Sequence record: PZ402301.1 | Length of the DNA: 64,000 bases | Strand: one strand, 5' to 3' | Source of the DNA: a phage | In this document: positions 60,561 to 64,000 of the stretch, in pieces | How positions within the stretch are numbered: the first letter of the stretch is position 1 | How the letters are laid out: each line of letters opens with the position of its first letter | Position numbers and translations under genes: made by a program | Notes under the pieces: model-generated | Told to the model about the DNA's origin: nothing | Seen by the model: only the letters and a program-made list of their open reading frames with translations | Databases searched by the model: none

Positions 60561-61529
60561 TTATTTCAGAAGAGTAACCTCAGCAATTTCTTCCCAACCG
60601 TTTTTGTCGGTCATAATAAAGTCAGCAAGATAAAGAGCAGTACGCAGTGAAACATTGCGTAAACGGTTAACATTAACTTTCATCCATGATAATGCTTTAT
60701 AAGTTTCTTCATCAGAAAGACCACGCTTTTGCATCATGTCAGTTGAAAGAATAACATCTTCAACCCTGACCATAATTTCTTCATTAGTGTGAACACCCAA
60801 ATCCAAATAAACCGAGCGGGACACTAATGCTTGTAAATGTGGAGCAAGTTTAGTACCACGGTCTAATTCGCGGTCAATGTCAACGTTTGTGATAAAAACA
60901 ATCGTTCCTTTAAATTCAAACTCACGGTCAATGCCTTTTTCTTCTAAGTAAGAAGATGCAGTGCTCCAGCAGACTTTACGGGTCTCTCCGGTGTCCAGAG
61001 CGGCTTTTAGAAGATTAAGAATGTCCATATCAGAGAAAACATCCACATCATCAATCAAAAGGACAGAATTCTCTTCACGATTATTCCAAAGCTGTTCATA
61101 AAGACCAATACCAGAGATTTTACCATTAATGCTTTTATATTCAATGTATCCAATATCATTTGCTTTATTTAAAGCTTTATCTAAAGAATACGTTTTACCA
61201 ATACCTGCTGCGCCAGAGATAATCAATGAACGAATATTTCCGTTAATAATACCATTCGTCATCATTCCCATAACATTAAATCTTTTATTAATGCGGGTTT
61301 TCATATCTTCATACGATTCTTTAACTTCTTCAACTTTTACACCATCATATGAAATATCTGATTTGTAAACCCAAACACCGCGACGTTTACCGTCAATTTC
61401 AACAAAAACTTTACCATCTCCTTGTGCATCTACCGGAGCATTATCTGGGAACCATTCGCCTAAGAGCTCAAAAGTTCCAGAGATTTCTTTACCGAAGTAG
61501 ATACCCTTATTGATAGTTACAGTTTTCAT
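60561..61529 (-). CDS. P-loop ATPase (AAA+-like)
   Basis: Walker A (GAAGIGKT) and Walker B (VLLIDDVDV); start taken at the ATG after GGAGAATAAA (track starts at an upstream TTG). Confidence 0.6.
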   Translation of the reverse strand: MKTVTINKGIYFGKEISGTFELLGEWFPDNAPVDAQGDGKVFVEIDGKRRGVWVYKSDISYDGVKVEEVKESYEDMKTRINKRFNVMGMMTNGIINGNIRSLIISGAAGIGKTYSLDKALNKANDIGYIEYKSINGKISGIGLYEQLWNNREENSVLLIDDVDVFSDMDILNLLKAALDTGETRKVCWSTASSYLEEKGIDREFEFKGTIVFITNVDIDRELDRGTKLAPHLQALVSRSVYLDLGVHTNEEIMVRVEDVILSTDMMQKRGLSDEETYKALSWMKVNVNRLRNVSLRTALYLADFIMTDKNGWEEIAEVTLLK

Positions 61530-61547
61530 TTTATTCTCCAAATCCGT

Positions 61548-61615
61548 ATCAGTTGATAGTTGTATAGTACCATAAAGCTTTATGCCTGTAAACCGTTTTG
61601 TGAAAAAATTTTAAA
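61548..61615 (-). promoter_or_regulatory. T4-type early promoter
   Basis: Copy of the conserved block (UP region, GTTTAC, TGGTACTATACAACT). Confidence 0.55.
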
Positions 61616-61623
61616 ATAAAAAA

Positions 61624-61641
61624 GGGAGCCCGAAGGCTCCC
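61624..61641 (-). terminator. UUCG-type hairpin
   Basis: gggagcc-cgaa-ggctccc followed by a T-run, downstream of the ORF ending at 61644. Confidence 0.5.
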
Positions 61642-61643
61642 TA

Positions 61644-62657
61644 TCATTTATAATAACTTCGATGGTTTTCAAGATAAACCCTCTCAAGGAAGTCATCCCA
61701 GAAACCCATGTCTACTTTTTGCTGCATACCGTTCTTAGAAGCTTCAATAGATGCTGCTTCTACTTGATCGACCACATCTTCCAAAAACTCTTGAACAGTT
61801 TTAAATGGATGCTTACCCAGCTTCACGTCGAGAATAAATGGAGCGTCTTGAAGTGGATAAACTAAGTCACCGGTTTTGTAAATTTCCAATAGTTGGAGTC
61901 CACCACGACAAGCATGACTCAGAGCTTTCCAGTCAATACCCTCATTCGCTTCAGCTTTACGAGCACGTTCACCATATTCAGCATCAAGTTTATTCAAAGA
62001 CTGCTTAAGCTCAATAAGAGAAAGTGTAGTCTGATATTTACGACCCAACACAGTGTAAAACGTTTGTGGGCCTGTTTTCTCATGATTATGGAATACCCAT
62101 TCGCAGAACTCGTTTTCTGGAAGACGATGCTTAATATCTTCAACTTTAGTGCGACGAAGTCTATCAGGGATTCCTTCTTGATAGTCGACCCACTGGTCAG
62201 GGATTTGATTAACTACTTTCAATACATCACGCAATGCGGCCAAACGAGAACCCTTGACACCATATTTAGAAGCTTGCTTGCGGACATATCCTAAATAAGA
62301 TTTCATGTTAGTTGTATAAAAACGAGAACGATTGTCTTGAATAAACTTCCATACATCAGGCAAATCAGATTTAACTACCAGTTCAGGTGGAGTGTGAAGC
62401 ATATCCAATGCTACAGTTTCACCATCTGCTGCTAATTTAAAGAAATACTTAAGACTGTATAGTTCATGGTCAATATCATCTTTAGTGTTTTTAGATGATG
62501 TGTTGTTAGTGTTTTTGCTCATATGCTCTTTAACATTTCCAATAAGAATATCACGAGCAGGAGGAACAAAGATTTCTTTAAAATCTACATCAGATTCTGG
62601 AGTAGAAGTTCCATAAAGATGACTACCAAAATAGCTTTTCATTACTGTTTTCATCAT
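61644..62657 (-). CDS. nucleotidyltransferase-fold protein (pol-beta superfamily-like)
   Basis: N-terminal GS-x9-DxD pattern (YFGSHLYGTSTPESDVDF) typical of minimal nucleotidyltransferases; 337 aa. Confidence 0.5.
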   Translation of the reverse strand: MMKTVMKSYFGSHLYGTSTPESDVDFKEIFVPPARDILIGNVKEHMSKNTNNTSSKNTKDDIDHELYSLKYFFKLAADGETVALDMLHTPPELVVKSDLPDVWKFIQDNRSRFYTTNMKSYLGYVRKQASKYGVKGSRLAALRDVLKVVNQIPDQWVDYQEGIPDRLRRTKVEDIKHRLPENEFCEWVFHNHEKTGPQTFYTVLGRKYQTTLSLIELKQSLNKLDAEYGERARKAEANEGIDWKALSHACRGGLQLLEIYKTGDLVYPLQDAPFILDVKLGKHPFKTVQEFLEDVVDQVEAASIEASKNGMQQKVDMGFWDDFLERVYLENHRSYYK

Positions 62658-63115
62658 TCAGCCTTATATTCAATAACAGGACATACTTTAGCTTTACGCG
62701 TTTTTAAAAATTCGACGATAATAGATTTCTTTGGTTGAATAGGAGGTAAACCTTTATACGCCCTATCAATATTTTCTACATGTAAAGAGTAATCCTTTTT
62801 CCATTTATAATCTTTATATTTTTCATGCAGTTGTGCGGGAATAACAAATGAACCGATAATAAGTAAAACAAGCAAAATAGCAAGTATAAATGCTGATGGA
62901 ATAAGAGTCCATAAACTACCAAAAATAAGCCATTTCTGTATGATTTCTGCACAGATGATAGTTAGACCTGCGAGTATAGTACATCCGAAAAAAGAAACGA
63001 AAAATGTAGGAATAACAATAGACCAAAAATACGCGCATAGTGTCTTAGGTCGTTTCCATTCATCATTAAACATTTTGAATAATTTATAGTGCCAAGAGCT
63101 TTCATTAATAATCAT
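62654..63115 (-). CDS. hypothetical membrane protein (153 aa)
   Basis: Several hydrophobic helices (IVIPTFFVSFFGCTILAGLTIICAEII; LIPSAFILAILLVLLIIGSFVI). Confidence 0.45.
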   Translation of the reverse strand: MIINESSWHYKLFKMFNDEWKRPKTLCAYFWSIVIPTFFVSFFGCTILAGLTIICAEIIQKWLIFGSLWTLIPSAFILAILLVLLIIGSFVIPAQLHEKYKDYKWKKDYSLHVENIDRAYKGLPPIQPKKSIIVEFLKTRKAKVCPVIEYKAE

Positions 63116-63117
63116 AA

Positions 63118-63639
63118 TTATCCTTTCATTGAAGGTGTAACAGTTGTTAAATACTTAATCATAGCTTCAGCTTCTGATTTTGATAATGAAATTTCTCCAT
63201 TGTTTTGACGAATAGAAATAAAATCCGGATGACGGTCACCACCAGCTTTCAAAACACACATATAAGTATCAGTTTCATCTTCAATATTTGAAATGATTGA
63301 AGCAGTTCCACATGAATGTGGTTTTTGATAAATCAATGCAGCTTTTCTTCCACCGTTTGACTGTTCATAAACTTTTAATACATCAAACAAATCACTTCTT
63401 TTATCAATAGCTAAGATGTTGTTTTCATCTTCAATGTTAAATCCTTCGGATACTTCATAAAGTGTCACCCATAAATCACCTATATCGATAGTAGCATTTT
63501 CCTTTCCATGACTTTCAAGAGCATGACAAATTTTCTTGATTTCATCATAACTCATTTTAATAATATCATCTCCTTGAATAAGAAAGATGTCATTTTTAAA
63601 TTCAACACGAATTAAACCACTTTCACTTGAAATAAACAT
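63118..63639 (-). CDS. hypothetical protein (173 aa), paralog of the next ORF
   Basis: C-terminal block SKSEAEAMIKYLTTVTPSMKG resembles TKDEAIALKTYLDSVIPTMISK of ORF 63646..63945. Confidence 0.45.
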   Translation of the reverse strand: MFISSESGLIRVEFKNDIFLIQGDDIIKMSYDEIKKICHALESHGKENATIDIGDLWVTLYEVSEGFNIEDENNILAIDKRSDLFDVLKVYEQSNGGRKAALIYQKPHSCGTASIISNIEDETDTYMCVLKAGGDRHPDFISIRQNNGEISLSKSEAEAMIKYLTTVTPSMKG

Positions 63640-63645
63640 ATTTCC

Positions 63646-63945
63646 TCACTTTGAAATCATAGTTGGAATGACAGAATCAAGATAAGTCTTTAGCGCAATA
63701 GCTTCGTCTTTGGTAAATGTGACAATATGTGATCGAAAATCATCAATTTGACGAATAGTTAAGACATCTCCCTCTTCATAACATTTTGATACATTTAAAA
63801 GAGTTTCATCATTCTGATTGCAATCGTTAGTAATAATAGCATTGCAATTTTTGAGCCATTTTAAACTATGTTTTCTTTCATTAGAATAATAAAAATATTT
63901 AATCTTAGCTATAAAACTATCCCAATGAATAACTGATAAACACAT
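63646..63945 (-). CDS. hypothetical protein (99 aa), paralog of the previous ORF
   Basis: Shares the C-terminal block with ORF 63118..63639. Confidence 0.45.
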   Translation of the reverse strand: MCLSVIHWDSFIAKIKYFYYSNERKHSLKWLKNCNAIITNDCNQNDETLLNVSKCYEEGDVLTIRQIDDFRSHIVTFTKDEAIALKTYLDSVIPTMISK

Positions 63946-64000
63946 TGACTCACTTTTAATATTAAATCCTGGACATGAAGAATAAAAATGAATTTTGTGC

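Overview
This window is a T-even (T4-like, Tevenvirinae) coliphage segment covering the early/middle gene block; almost every gene is on the minus strand, tightly packed, often with overlapping stop/start codons (ATGA, TAATG). Gene order read in increasing coordinate: t (3' end, + strand), asiA, arn-like, motA, topoisomerase gp52, ac/stp/ndd region, denB-like, rIIB, rIIA, topoisomerase gp39, dexA, dda, srd-like, modA, modB, soc, gp56, dam, primase gp61, 61.x ORFs (spackle- and dmd-like), helicase gp41, gp40, uvsX, a glycosyltransferase, gp42, imm, DNA polymerase gp43, regA, gp62, gp44, gp45, rpbA, gp46, gp47, alpha-gt, gp55, nrdH, nrdG, nrdD, gp49, nrdC, then a hyperplastic region of paralogous genes. 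No tRNA, rRNA, CRISPR or mobile element was seen. Differences from T4 as I recall it (all need a database comparison): gp39 is a single unsplit ORF, the beta-gt position holds a different GT-A-like glycosyltransferase, no homing endonuclease or intron is present (more T2/T6-like), and nrdD is split by a perfect 77-bp tandem duplication. Other leads are a PD-(D/E)xK-like ORF beside dam, an isolated plus-strand membrane ORF, a tandem array of four coiled-coil paralogs, and an AAA+ ATPase / nucleotidyltransferase-fold pair. Gene names rest on recalled family motifs, protein lengths and synteny; nothing was searched. Coordinates taken from the ORF track are exact; hand-derived ones (small ORFs, promoters, hairpins) may be off by 1-2 bp.
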